A stretch of 64,000 bases of DNA from Verrucomicrobiota bacterium (GTDB lineage Bacteria; Verrucomicrobiota; Kiritimatiellia; RFP12; UBA1067), in assembly GCA_050874585.1 (NCBI GenBank), contig JBNMKZ010000003.1, positions 12,474-76,473 on the forward strand, given 5' to 3'. The notes beneath the pieces were generated by a model, which searched no databases, was not told the DNA's origin, and was given only the letters and a program-made list of their open reading frames with translations. The translations under genes and the position numbers were made by a program. Below, piece after piece: positions 28,797 to 37,399 of this stretch (positions are counted from its first letter, which is position 1; every line of letters starts with the position of its first letter).

Positions 28797-30790
28797 TGAA
28801 ACTTCAAATCAAAAAGCTGTTTCTCGTCCAGCGCGGCACTCACGAACTGAAGGCCTACGACTTCGAGCCGGGAAAGCTCAACATCATTGTCGGACAAGGC
28901 GCACGTGGCAAGACGACCGTCTGGTCGATCATCGACTATGTGTGCTGTTCAAACGAGTGCGATATCGACAGCGACATCTCAAATGCAGTCGAGTGGGTGG
29001 GACTTCAGATTCTCACTCCTCTTGGCGTGTATGTCATCGCACGGGAGCTGAAGGACGAACTGAACGCGCAGAGTTCCGTTTACTACATGAAGCACCTTGA
29101 GGCCGATGTTTACGAGGTCGATGGTCTTGAAGTGAAGGCGAACTCGAATAAGGCGGCTGTGAAGGGATTGCTCGACCGCATTTGCGGGGTCGAGGCAATG
29201 ACTACCCAGGCCGACGAGAACGGACAGAAGATATCCTTTTCCATTAGGTATCTTCTTGAAATCGTGGGTCAGGACTATCGGACGCTCTCGGACCAGCAAC
29301 GACTGTTCGCCTGTCAGATTCCCCAGCAGGAGCAGACGGTCATCAAGTATTTCGCGTCGATTCTCGGAGTTCAGGCTGATGCCTTGAATCTGCTCCGAGC
29401 AGAAAAGCAGTCGACAGAGAAGGAACTCAAGCAGCTCAAGGATGAGTACAAGCGAGCTTTGTCCGTTTCCGAGACCTGGAAGAGCGACTTGTCAGATCAG
29501 TTGCTTGAGGCGAAGAAGCTGACGATGATCCCTGCGGACGTAGCAATTCCGAAAGACGTCGACAAGTGCCTTGAACTCGTCAAAAGCATCATCAGCGAGG
29601 CGCGTGAGAAGCCGATGGTATCGTATAATGTGGATCTGCTGGGTGAACTTGCGGAGAAGGTGACGAAGAACAAGGAGCGGAAGTCGGAGCTTGAAATCGA
29701 GATCGAGCAGCTCCAGGTGCGCATCGAGGAGCTTGAAGGGCTCGAGAAGAAGGCCGAAGCGATCCACAAGGAGGCTATTCGCGTGAAGGATCGCATGGAG
29801 ATCGCCAAGTGGATGGCGGCGAACTGGGGCGAATGTGAACAGACGTTCTTCCGCTATCCCTATTCCGATGGAAGGACGGCGGAGGAGGTTCGCGAAGAGA
29901 TATCCCGGCTGAATGCCGCGCTTTCGCAATACGAAAAGACTGCGTTGTCTAATGACAAGGTTCTTCAGTTCAAGAACCTGAACACGGCCGAGAAGAAGCG
30001 GCTCAAGGAACGCCAGACGAAGCTCGCGAAGGAAGTGGCCGAGCTGCGGAGAGAAATAGAGGGGCTGAAGAATCAAGGAAAGTCCGAGAAGGAGCGCATT
30101 GAACAATATGAAAGCGTCAACCAAAGGGCGCGAGAGTTGATCGGAAAACTTGGCAAGACCCAAGACCTTGTCGAGGGCTTGTCCGATGCGGGGGTGATTG
30201 CCAGAAAGATCGAGTCGCTCAAGGCAAAAGTCGACGCGCTTGAGCAGAAGGTCAATCTTGAAAAGGCCCGCGTCGAGGCAATGCAGAAGGACAAGCTGGA
30301 GGAGTTGTCGAGGCGTTCGTTTGAGATCGCCCAGGGAGTCGGGCTTAACGAGTCCTTTAACTTTGCCAATATTCTGTTTGATGCCGACAAGCTCGACTTC
30401 AAGATTCTTCGCGCCGATGGCGAAACCTACCTCAAGAATCGCAAGTCGACGGCAAATCATGTGGCGTTCCACATCGGGGTTACCGCAGCCATGCAGGAGA
30501 TCTGCGCGGGGAATGAGAAATCGTTGCTCCCGGATTTCGTCATTTACGACCAGCCGACACAGGGAAGAAGCGGTGTGGCGGGTGGTGAGAATGTCGGTGA
30601 GAGCTGCTTCGTGAATATCGCGAAGGAACTTTCTAAGTCGGTCGGATTGTCTGCCGAGCGGTGGCAGCCAATCTTGATTGATTCGTGGAGTCGCGAGACC
30701 TTGGATAAACTTGTCGGCGTGGAGTATCACCTTGTTGCTGATCTTGACACGACGAAAGGTTTGGTCCCCGTCGATTGGATGAAAGCATGA
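28796..30790 (+). CDS. DUF3732-type SMC/Rad50-like ABC ATPase with a long coiled-coil insert
   Basis: Walker A 'GQGARGKTT', 'IIDYVCCS' (DUF3732-like), about 300 aa of heptad-rich coiled coil, and Walker B 'FVIYDQPTQG' near the C-terminus. Confidence 0.75.
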   Translation: MKLQIKKLFLVQRGTHELKAYDFEPGKLNIIVGQGARGKTTVWSIIDYVCCSNECDIDSDISNAVEWVGLQILTPLGVYVIARELKDELNAQSSVYYMKHLEADVYEVDGLEVKANSNKAAVKGLLDRICGVEAMTTQADENGQKISFSIRYLLEIVGQDYRTLSDQQRLFACQIPQQEQTVIKYFASILGVQADALNLLRAEKQSTEKELKQLKDEYKRALSVSETWKSDLSDQLLEAKKLTMIPADVAIPKDVDKCLELVKSIISEAREKPMVSYNVDLLGELAEKVTKNKERKSELEIEIEQLQVRIEELEGLEKKAEAIHKEAIRVKDRMEIAKWMAANWGECEQTFFRYPYSDGRTAEEVREEISRLNAALSQYEKTALSNDKVLQFKNLNTAEKKRLKERQTKLAKEVAELRREIEGLKNQGKSEKERIEQYESVNQRARELIGKLGKTQDLVEGLSDAGVIARKIESLKAKVDALEQKVNLEKARVEAMQKDKLEELSRRSFEIAQGVGLNESFNFANILFDADKLDFKILRADGETYLKNRKSTANHVAFHIGVTAAMQEICAGNEKSLLPDFVIYDQPTQGRSGVAGGENVGESCFVNIAKELSKSVGLSAERWQPILIDSWSRETLDKLVGVEYHLVADLDTTKGLVPVDWMKA

Positions 30791-31506
30791 AGCTGCTTCT
30801 TGCTGAGATAGAGAATGTCCGCGAATGTATCCGCAAGCTGGATGCAGACGAGATTACCGACAAGACCAAAGTGGCGGAGGAGCGGGCATATCTGGTCCGA
30901 TGCTTCGACCGTCGCGAATCCCCAATCCTGTATCTCGGCGAGATCTTGAAGGACGAGCTTGGCGAATCCAAGGCGGACAAAGCCAAGTCGGCTGAGATCG
31001 ACGCATTGATCGAAGACGTGCTGAACGACATTGAGGAATCCGGCTATGTTGGTCTCAATCCAAAGTATCCAATCAAGAGGCGCAGGGGAAGGCCGTCAGG
31101 CACGACTCGGCATAAGCCACTCAACCCTCGCACTCGTGTGAATCTGACCGAACACGGATATCGGTTTTCGATGACGTCTGACTTCTCGTGCATCCTTGAT
31201 GAACTCCATAAGCCGCCGGAGTACAAGATTTCGATGTATGAAGGGCTTACGGCTGATAAAGCAATCGAAGTGATCAAGACGTTGGTTGAAGCGGCTAAGG
31301 CGAAGAAGAACGAGGGCTGGGTCAAATCCGAATCTTGGTGGCGTGGCGCGTTTCAAAAAGACGTGTATCTTCGTTTCCGGGACGAGCAGATACAACGCGG
31401 CAAGAAGGCCAATGGACATAACGGCGAGTGGAGAATCATAACCGACGGGGAATTTGACTCTCTTTCTGCTAAAGGCAAATATCACTTTAGGGACAATGTA
31501 AACTGA
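30787..31506 (+). CDS. Hypothetical protein with an AT-hook-like motif, translationally coupled to the ATPase
   Basis: ATG 30787 overlaps the ATPase TGA (ATGA). 'KRRRGRPSGT' has the AT-hook core RGRP. 239 aa. Confidence 0.55.
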   Translation: MKLLLAEIENVRECIRKLDADEITDKTKVAEERAYLVRCFDRRESPILYLGEILKDELGESKADKAKSAEIDALIEDVLNDIEESGYVGLNPKYPIKRRRGRPSGTTRHKPLNPRTRVNLTEHGYRFSMTSDFSCILDELHKPPEYKISMYEGLTADKAIEVIKTLVEAAKAKKNEGWVKSESWWRGAFQKDVYLRFRDEQIQRGKKANGHNGEWRIITDGEFDSLSAKGKYHFRDNVN

Positions 31507-31565
31507 TTTCCGATTCGGGAAATTTACAGCTGATTTTTCGTTTACAGCTAAATTGAGCGGTAGAG

Positions 31566-31594
31566 CGCGGAACTTAACGGTTCCGCGTTTTTTT
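31566..31594 (+). terminator. Rho-independent terminator closing the cargo block
   Basis: Stem cgcggaac / gttccgcg with loop ttaacg, then a T7 run. Confidence 0.7.
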
Positions 31595-31991
31595 ATGCCC
31601 TTTTAACGCCTTTTCAGGCGGCATTAAATTTTTGTTTTACCCTGATGACTTGAACACCGATTTACAGACATGATGGTGGCAGTTCTTTGAGCGAATAGTC
31701 GCCTGTTGCCAAGGCTCGCTCATGGAATTAGCAGCACAACAGCTGCGGAAAGAACTGGCCATGGGCAATAGCCATCGTGTGATGCAGACCATCCCGTGCG
31801 TTTCCGAGGTGATTTTCGTCGGTTTTGAGATTACGGAACAAATCTCAGAGCTGGCAACAAACATCTTTGCCGCTCTGGGAGATGCCTGCTTCATTTTTGG
31901 CAATTGACCACTCGGCAAGAGGCAGACGCGAACCTGCCCGCTTCGCCGGGTGACGAGGGTCTTTGGAAATCTGAAAAAAGTTTGGATTTTT

Positions 31992-32025
31992 CGGGACTGG
32001 GAAGGTTCGGGCCTCGAAAAACGTG
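31992..32025 (+). promoter_or_regulatory. Copy 1 of the bipartite motif, ~50 nt upstream of the sigma-factor gene
   Basis: 'cgggact-gggaaggttcggg-cctcgaaaaacgtg' with a 13-nt spacer. Confidence 0.6.
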
Positions 32026-32072
32026 GCTGCGGGGCGGAGATCGTCTCGCGGCACACAGAAAGGAAAACGAAA

Positions 32073-32645
32073 ATGAAGAAGCCCGAAGTCAGGCTGGAGG
32101 ACACGTTCCCCGCCGTCACCATCAAGTACGTCAACTCGAAGGTCCGCAAGATGACGATCATCTACGGCTTCACGCCGCACGAGGCGGAGGACTTCCGCCA
32201 GAGTATGTACCTCAAACTCGTCAAGGCACTTGACCAGTTCGACCCGAAGCGCGGCGCGAAGCTCGAGACCTTCCTCCATTGCTGCGTCGACAACTTCGCG
32301 AAGGACTACATCACGAAGCTGCGCCGTCCGCAGAAGATCGTGCGCACCGTGTTCGTCCTCGACTCGCCCGTCCGCCGTTGTTCCGTCGACGGCGAGGAGG
32401 AGATTCCGATGATCGAGACGATCCCCGACGAGTCGATGCCGGGGCAGATGCTCGCGGACATCCGCAGCGACGTGAGGAGCGTCCTCGCCCGCCTTGACGA
32501 CCTGCCGCGCCGCATCTGCGAGATGCTCATGGCGGGCGTCGAGAAGCGCGAGCTTCCGAGGCGTCTCGGGATCTCCAAGACGCGCTTCTACGGCGTCGTG
32601 TTCCCACAGCTCAAGGCGCAGTTCAAGGATCTGCTCGATTCCTGA
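32073..32645 (+). CDS. Phage-encoded ECF-like sigma-70 family sigma factor
   Basis: Region 2-like 'AEDFRQSMYLKLVKALDQFDPKRGAKLETFLHCCVDNFAKDYITKLRR'. Region 4 HTH-like 'LPRRICEMLMAGVEKRELPRRLGISKTRFYGVV'. 190 aa, with RBS 'agaaagga'. Confidence 0.7.
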   Translation: MKKPEVRLEDTFPAVTIKYVNSKVRKMTIIYGFTPHEAEDFRQSMYLKLVKALDQFDPKRGAKLETFLHCCVDNFAKDYITKLRRPQKIVRTVFVLDSPVRRCSVDGEEEIPMIETIPDESMPGQMLADIRSDVRSVLARLDDLPRRICEMLMAGVEKRELPRRLGISKTRFYGVVFPQLKAQFKDLLDS

Positions 32646-32652
32646 AAAAGTT

Positions 32653-32686
32653 CGGGACTGAATCTCCCCGGACCTCGAAAAACGAG
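32653..32686 (+). promoter_or_regulatory. Copy 2 of the bipartite motif, upstream of the recombination/replication operon
   Basis: 'cgggact-gaatctccccgga-cctcgaaaaacgag'. It starts 8 nt after the sigma gene stop. Confidence 0.6.
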
Positions 32687-32731
32687 GCCGCGGGGAGTGA
32701 AGACGCGAAAGCGCAGAAGGGAAAAGAAAAC

Positions 32732-33577
32732 ATGAACAAGACAAGATCAGACTATCCGTTCTTCGCCGACATCCCGGCGGAGCAGTATCACCAGGACGCC
32801 CGCGACGGGAAGTTCCTTTCGAGCCATCTGCTCGGCGACTTCCGCAAGTGTCCGCTCACCTACCACCAGAAGATGACGGGCGTGATCCCGCCGCAGGACT
32901 CCGCCGCCTACTGGATGGGCCGTGCCGTCCACACGCTCGTCTGCGAGGGACGCTCCGTGTTCGACAAGGAGTTTCTCGTCACGGACGGGCCGGTGAATCC
33001 GAAGACGGGGGAGCCGTTCGGAAAGCTCACGAAGGCGTACAAGGAGTGGGCCGCTGCGCAGACGCTCGTCCCGGTCAGCACAACCGACTTCGGCTTCATG
33101 GTCAAGCTCCAGAGCGCGGTGTGGCTTCACCCGATCGCGACGCGCCTCTTCGACGGCGGCTGGGCCGAGGGGACGGTGCGCACGGAGTACAACGGCGAAC
33201 CCGTGCAGATCCGAATCGACTATTTCAATCCGAACTTCGTCGATGACACGACGGGCGCGAAGGGCGCGATCATCGACTTGAAGACCTGCGACACCATCGA
33301 CTTCTTCGAGTCCGACGCCCGCAAGTACGGCTACATGCACCAGCTCGCCTTCTACCGCGAGGTGATGCGCATCGCGTCGGGAGAGGAGTTCCCCGTGTAC
33401 ATCGTCGCCGTCGAGAAGAAGGCTCCGTTCAGGGTCGGCGTGTGGAAGCTCGCCACCGAGGCGCTGGACGAGGCGAAGGCCGCGAACGAACGCGCACTCT
33501 CGCTTCTCCGCGAATGCCGCTGCCAGAACGTCTGGCCGACCGGCTACGAGGAACTCCGCGTCATGGACAGCATCTGA
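32732..33577 (+). CDS. PD-(D/E)XK exonuclease (DUF3799/RecE-like)
   Basis: 'GAIIDLKTCD' D-x-K core and the 'YGYMHQLAFY' QxxxY motif. Confidence 0.7.
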   Translation: MNKTRSDYPFFADIPAEQYHQDARDGKFLSSHLLGDFRKCPLTYHQKMTGVIPPQDSAAYWMGRAVHTLVCEGRSVFDKEFLVTDGPVNPKTGEPFGKLTKAYKEWAAAQTLVPVSTTDFGFMVKLQSAVWLHPIATRLFDGGWAEGTVRTEYNGEPVQIRIDYFNPNFVDDTTGAKGAIIDLKTCDTIDFFESDARKYGYMHQLAFYREVMRIASGEEFPVYIVAVEKKAPFRVGVWKLATEALDEAKAANERALSLLRECRCQNVWPTGYEELRVMDSI

Positions 33578-33618
33578 AATCCATCCACCCAAACACACAA
33601 GCAAGAAAGGCAGAAATT

Positions 33619-34362
33619 ATGTCTCTTATCGGTTCAATCACCAAGGGCCGCGAACAGCAGCCGCCCCGCATCATGGTCTACGGCGCGGAGGGCGTCGGCA
33701 AGTCCACCTTCGCGTCACTCGCGCCGAGCCCCGTTTTCGTCCAGACCGAGGACGGCCTCTCGGAGATCGACACGTCGAAGTTCCCGCTGGCGCGGACGTT
33801 CGAGGACGTCGTGATGCAGCTCCAGGCCGTGCGCGACGAACAGCACGAGTACGGTACGCTCGTCATCGACTCGGTCGACTGGCTGGAGCGTCTCGTGTGG
33901 GACCGCGTGTGCGCCGACTACGGCGTGAAGTCAATCGAGAAGGCCGACGGGGGCTACGGGAAGGGGTATGTCCACGCGCTCACCTACTGGCGTCAGATCG
34001 TCTCGATCCTGAACGACATCCGTTCCAAGCGCGGCATGGCCGTGATCCTGATCGCACACGCCGCCGTCGAACGCTTCGAGGACCCGGAACACGAGGCCTA
34101 CGACCGCTACACGCCCCGGATTCACAAGAAGGCGTGTTCGCTCATCTGCGAGTGGGTCGATGCCGTTCTCTTCGCCTCGCGCCGTCTTCGCGTCGATTCG
34201 ACGACGGGCAAGGCCGCCCCGGTCGGCGCGGACGGCGGCGAGCGCATCCTCCGCACCAACGGCTCCCCGGCCTGCATCGCGAAGAACCGCTTCGGGCTTC
34301 CGACGGAACTTCCGCTCTCGTGGGCCGCGTTCGTCGAGGCGCTGAAGGGAGGTGCCAAATGA
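33619..34362 (+). CDS. AAA_24/Sak4-like RecA-fold ATPase
   Basis: Walker A 'VYGAEGVGKST', Walker B 'LVIDSVD'. The upstream Arg-rich part of track ORF 33442.. is rejected. Confidence 0.75.
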   Translation: MSLIGSITKGREQQPPRIMVYGAEGVGKSTFASLAPSPVFVQTEDGLSEIDTSKFPLARTFEDVVMQLQAVRDEQHEYGTLVIDSVDWLERLVWDRVCADYGVKSIEKADGGYGKGYVHALTYWRQIVSILNDIRSKRGMAVILIAHAAVERFEDPEHEAYDRYTPRIHKKACSLICEWVDAVLFASRRLRVDSTTGKAAPVGADGGERILRTNGSPACIAKNRFGLPTELPLSWAAFVEALKGGAK

Positions 34363-34604
34363 AGCGGCAGGTGACGGTTCTCTCTGCGGCGGTCGTGTGC
34401 GACCGCTGCGGCGAGACGATCCGGGCGGGCGAGAGGGCAATCGTCGAGTTCGACGAGAAGAGCGGCAAGTGCCGCTTCCTCCACGAGACCTGCCCCGACC
34501 AGTCCGAGACGGCGAAGGTTCCCCGTCCGCGCAGTCCGAGAGTTTCAGTCCGTGGCGCAGTCCGCGCCCGTTCCGAGAAAAACACCAAGAGAAAGGTTAG
34601 GTAA
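34359..34604 (+). CDS. Small zinc-ribbon-like protein
   Basis: ATGA overlap with the upstream stop. 'CDRCGETI...CRFLHETC'. 81 aa. Confidence 0.45.
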   Translation: MKRQVTVLSAAVVCDRCGETIRAGERAIVEFDEKSGKCRFLHETCPDQSETAKVPRPRSPRVSVRGAVRARSEKNTKRKVR

Positions 34605-34609
34605 AGAAA

Positions 34610-35074
34610 ATGGCACAGTTGAACTTCGATGCCAACGAGGTCCAGCCGCTGGAGGCCTACGAGGCGATCCCGGCGGGAGAGTACGAGGCGGTCATCACGG
34701 ATTCCGAGATGAAGCCCAACAAGGCGGGGACGGGTACGTTCCTCGAGCTGAAGACGGAGATCGTCTCGGGCGACCTTGCGGGTCGCAAGCTGACCGCCCG
34801 CCTGAACCTGAACAACCCCAGCACCAAGGCCGTGGAGATGGCCCGCCGCGAGCTGTCGGCGATCTGCCATGCGGTCGGCGTCCTCCGCCCGGCGGATTCC
34901 TCGGAGCTGCACAACCGTCCGCTACTCATGAAGGTGAAGCTCGTGAAGCGCGACGACGGCACCGCCTCGAACGAGGTCGGCGGCTGGAGGGCGAAGGAGG
35001 CGGCCGCGCCCGCGACCCCGACGGCGGCGGCGAACGCCCAGGCCGCGCAGGGGACCGCACCGTGGAAGCGGTAA
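34610..35074 (+). CDS. DUF669-family phage protein (SSB-like partner of AAA_24 ATPases)
   Basis: 'FDANEVQPLEAYEAIPAGEYEAVITDSEMKPNKAGTGTFLELKTEIVSG', a typical DUF669 N-terminus and gene order. Confidence 0.65.
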   Translation: MAQLNFDANEVQPLEAYEAIPAGEYEAVITDSEMKPNKAGTGTFLELKTEIVSGDLAGRKLTARLNLNNPSTKAVEMARRELSAICHAVGVLRPADSSELHNRPLLMKVKLVKRDDGTASNEVGGWRAKEAAAPATPTAAANAQAAQGTAPWKR

Positions 35075-35412
35075 GCGTCGAGCTGCCGTGGCCGCCCAGC
35101 GTGAACCGCTACTACCGGGTGTTCCGAAACCGAATCCTCATATCGAGGGACGGACGGAAGTACAGGATGGTGGCGGTGTCGAGGCTGGGCGGCCTCAATC
35201 GGAAGCTCACGGGGGAGGTGTCGGTCGAGATCGACCTCTATCCCCCGGACCGTAGGAGGCGCGACATCGACAACCCGCTGAAGTGCCTCCTCGACTCGAT
35301 GACCCACGCCGGGGTCTACGAGGACGATTCGCAGATCAAGGACATCGAGCTGCACATGCGAGAGCCGATGCCCCCGGAGGGAATGGTGCATGTGACCTTA
35401 AAGGAGAAATGA
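35062..35412 (+). CDS. rusA: RusA-family Holliday junction resolvase
   Basis: 'LPWPPSVNRYY...DIDNPLKCLLDSMTHAGVYEDDSQI'. GTG 35062 is the first in-frame start. Confidence 0.8.
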   Translation: MEAVSVELPWPPSVNRYYRVFRNRILISRDGRKYRMVAVSRLGGLNRKLTGEVSVEIDLYPPDRRRRDIDNPLKCLLDSMTHAGVYEDDSQIKDIELHMREPMPPEGMVHVTLKEK

Positions 35413-35414
35413 CA

Positions 35415-35672
35415 ATGTCGGACAAAGGAAACGAGGAGCGGGAGTTCATCCCGGAGTGGCGCAGAAGGCTTGAGGCGAAGAAGAAGATCGTGCAGGAGTT
35501 CATGGAGAGCCTCGACGACGACACGCTCTTCCGCGCCGCGCTCCTCTTCATGCTGGGGAACGACGATGCCGCCGTCATGAAGGAGATGAAGCTCGACGAG
35601 TTCGCCTTGAAGTCGATCAAGGAGCGGCTCGAGACGGGGCTTCGCCTTGCGGGGATCGAAACGAGGAAGTAG
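35415..35672 (+). CDS. Hypothetical small protein
   Basis: 'aaggag' lies 8 nt upstream of ATG 35415. 85 aa. Confidence 0.5.
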   Translation: MSDKGNEEREFIPEWRRRLEAKKKIVQEFMESLDDDTLFRAALLFMLGNDDAAVMKEMKLDEFALKSIKERLETGLRLAGIETRK

Positions 35673-35675
35673 GCG

Positions 35676-37391
35676 ATGATGACCTTGAGGGACTACCAGT
35701 CCGACGCCGTCGCTTCCGTATGGAAGCATCTGCGCGAGAAGGACACCAACCCGTGCGTCGTGATACCGACCGCCGGGGGAAAGTCCCTCTGCATCGCGCA
35801 GGTGGCGAAGGACGCCGTGACGAACTGGGGCGGGCGCGTCCTGTGCCTTGCGCACGTCAAGGAGCTGATCGAGCAGAACGCGGCGAAGATCAGGGCGATC
35901 TGCCCGGAGCTGAAGGTCGGCGTGTACTCGGCGGGCCTCGACAGCAGGGACACGAGTGAGCCGGTCATCGTCGCTGGCATCCAGTCGATCTGTGGACACG
36001 CGGATCTCTTCAAGCCGTTCGACATCATCATGGTGGACGAGGCGCATCTCATTCCGAGCGAAGGCGAGGGACGTTACCGCACCTTCCTCGCCGAGATGAA
36101 GGAGCGCAATCCGAACGTCCGTCTGATCGGATGGACGGCGACGCCGTACCGCACAAAGGGCGGCCTCATCTGCAGGCCGGAGAACCTCCTGAACGAGGTG
36201 TGCTACGAGATCTCCGTGAAGACCCTCATAAACCGTGGCTTCATCTCGCATCTCGTCTCGAAGTCCGGGACGGTCAAGCCAGACCTCTCGAACCTGCACA
36301 TCCGCGCGGGCGAGTTCGTCCAGGAGGACATTGACGCGGCGATGGGCGACGATTCAATCGTCACCTCGGCCTGCCGCGAGATCGTCGACCTCACGAAGAA
36401 CCGCAAGACGTGTCTCATCTTCTGCACGTCCGTGAAGCATTGCGAACGGGTGGCGGAGCTGATCCGGCGATTCTCCGGCGAGGAGTGCCCCGTTGTGACG
36501 GGCGACACGCCCCCGGAGGAGCGGGCGGACACCATCCGCCGCATGAGGGGCGAGACAGTCAAGGTCGGGCTCTTCGACGAGGAGTTGAAGCCGATCCGCT
36601 ACTGCTGCAACGTCTCGGTTCTCACGACGGGGACGGACATTCCGAACATCGACACGGTCGTTCTCCTGCGTCTGACCGCCAGTGCGGGGCTTCTCGTGCA
36701 GATGGTCGGGCGCGGCTTCCGGCTCTCGCCCAAGACGGGCAAGACCGAGTGCCTCGTCCTCGACTACGGGAAGAACATCGAGCGTTTCGGATGCATCGAC
36801 CAGATCAAGGCGACCGAGCCGAAGGGCGGACCCCGCGAGGGACCGCTGGCGAAGGAGTGCCCCCAGTGCCGGACGATGATGCCGCTGGCGCAGATGTGCT
36901 GCCCGAACTGCGGCTACCTCTTCGAGCGCAAGGAACGCGAGACCCATCTCGACTCCCGCGCCTCGTCCCTCGGAATCATATCAGGCGAAGTGGTCGACGA
37001 GGACTACGATGTCCGCGACGTGGACTACCGCGTGTGGCTCAAGCGGGATGCGAAGCCGGGTGCGCCGAGGACGGTTAGGATCACCTACACGATTGACCTC
37101 ATGACGCAGTTCTCGGAATGGCTCTGCCCGGAACACAGCGGCTACGCCCGCAAGAAGTTCGAGACGTGGTGGAAGAAGCACACCCTTGAGGGAACGCCTA
37201 TGCCCGGAACCGCCGACGATGTCTGCGAGTTCGCGTTCATGGGCATGATCCGCCAGCCGAGGAAGATCGCGGTGCGGCGCGTCTCCGGGTCGAAGTACCC
37301 GGAGATCATCGGGTACGAACTCGCCGACGAGCCGGAGAAGGTCGCTCCGTCGGAATCCGAGTACATGGAAGATGACGACCTTCCGTTTTGA
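35676..37391 (+). CDS. SF2 (DEAD/DEAH-box) DNA helicase with a C-terminal zinc ribbon
   Basis: 'LRDYQSDAV', motif I 'PTAGGKS', motif II 'MVDEAH', Zn ribbon 'CPQCRTMM...CPNCGY'. Confidence 0.8.
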   Translation: MMTLRDYQSDAVASVWKHLREKDTNPCVVIPTAGGKSLCIAQVAKDAVTNWGGRVLCLAHVKELIEQNAAKIRAICPELKVGVYSAGLDSRDTSEPVIVAGIQSICGHADLFKPFDIIMVDEAHLIPSEGEGRYRTFLAEMKERNPNVRLIGWTATPYRTKGGLICRPENLLNEVCYEISVKTLINRGFISHLVSKSGTVKPDLSNLHIRAGEFVQEDIDAAMGDDSIVTSACREIVDLTKNRKTCLIFCTSVKHCERVAELIRRFSGEECPVVTGDTPPEERADTIRRMRGETVKVGLFDEELKPIRYCCNVSVLTTGTDIPNIDTVVLLRLTASAGLLVQMVGRGFRLSPKTGKTECLVLDYGKNIERFGCIDQIKATEPKGGPREGPLAKECPQCRTMMPLAQMCCPNCGYLFERKERETHLDSRASSLGIISGEVVDEDYDVRDVDYRVWLKRDAKPGAPRTVRITYTIDLMTQFSEWLCPEHSGYARKKFETWWKKHTLEGTPMPGTADDVCEFAFMGMIRQPRKIAVRRVSGSKYPEIIGYELADEPEKVAPSESEYMEDDDLPF

Positions 37392-37399
37392 GAAAGGCA

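Noticed and set aside
31985-32025. A hairpin-RNA interpretation of the repeated motif, with TTTTTCGGG pairing with CCTCGAAAAA.
   Set aside because: The pairing is not conserved. Copies 2 and 3 lack the T-run, and the two substitutions in copy 6 (ttcggg->gccggg, cgaaaa->cgtaaa) are not compensatory. Fixed spacing with a variable spacer sequence fits a protein-recognised bipartite site better.
31637-32161. 174-aa minus-strand ORF and 61-aa plus-strand ORF (31722-31907) in the gap between the cargo terminator and the sigma gene.
   Set aside because: The long ORF runs through the promoter motif. Neither has an RBS, a recognisable domain or a convincing composition. A short gene of about 85 aa on the minus strand ending at 31637 cannot be excluded.
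33897-34604. 235-aa ORF spanning the AAA_24 gene in another frame.
   Set aside because: The first ~150 aa are an Arg-rich off-frame translation of the ATPase gene. Only the last 81 aa (34359-34604, ATGA-coupled) are kept as a small zinc-ribbon gene.
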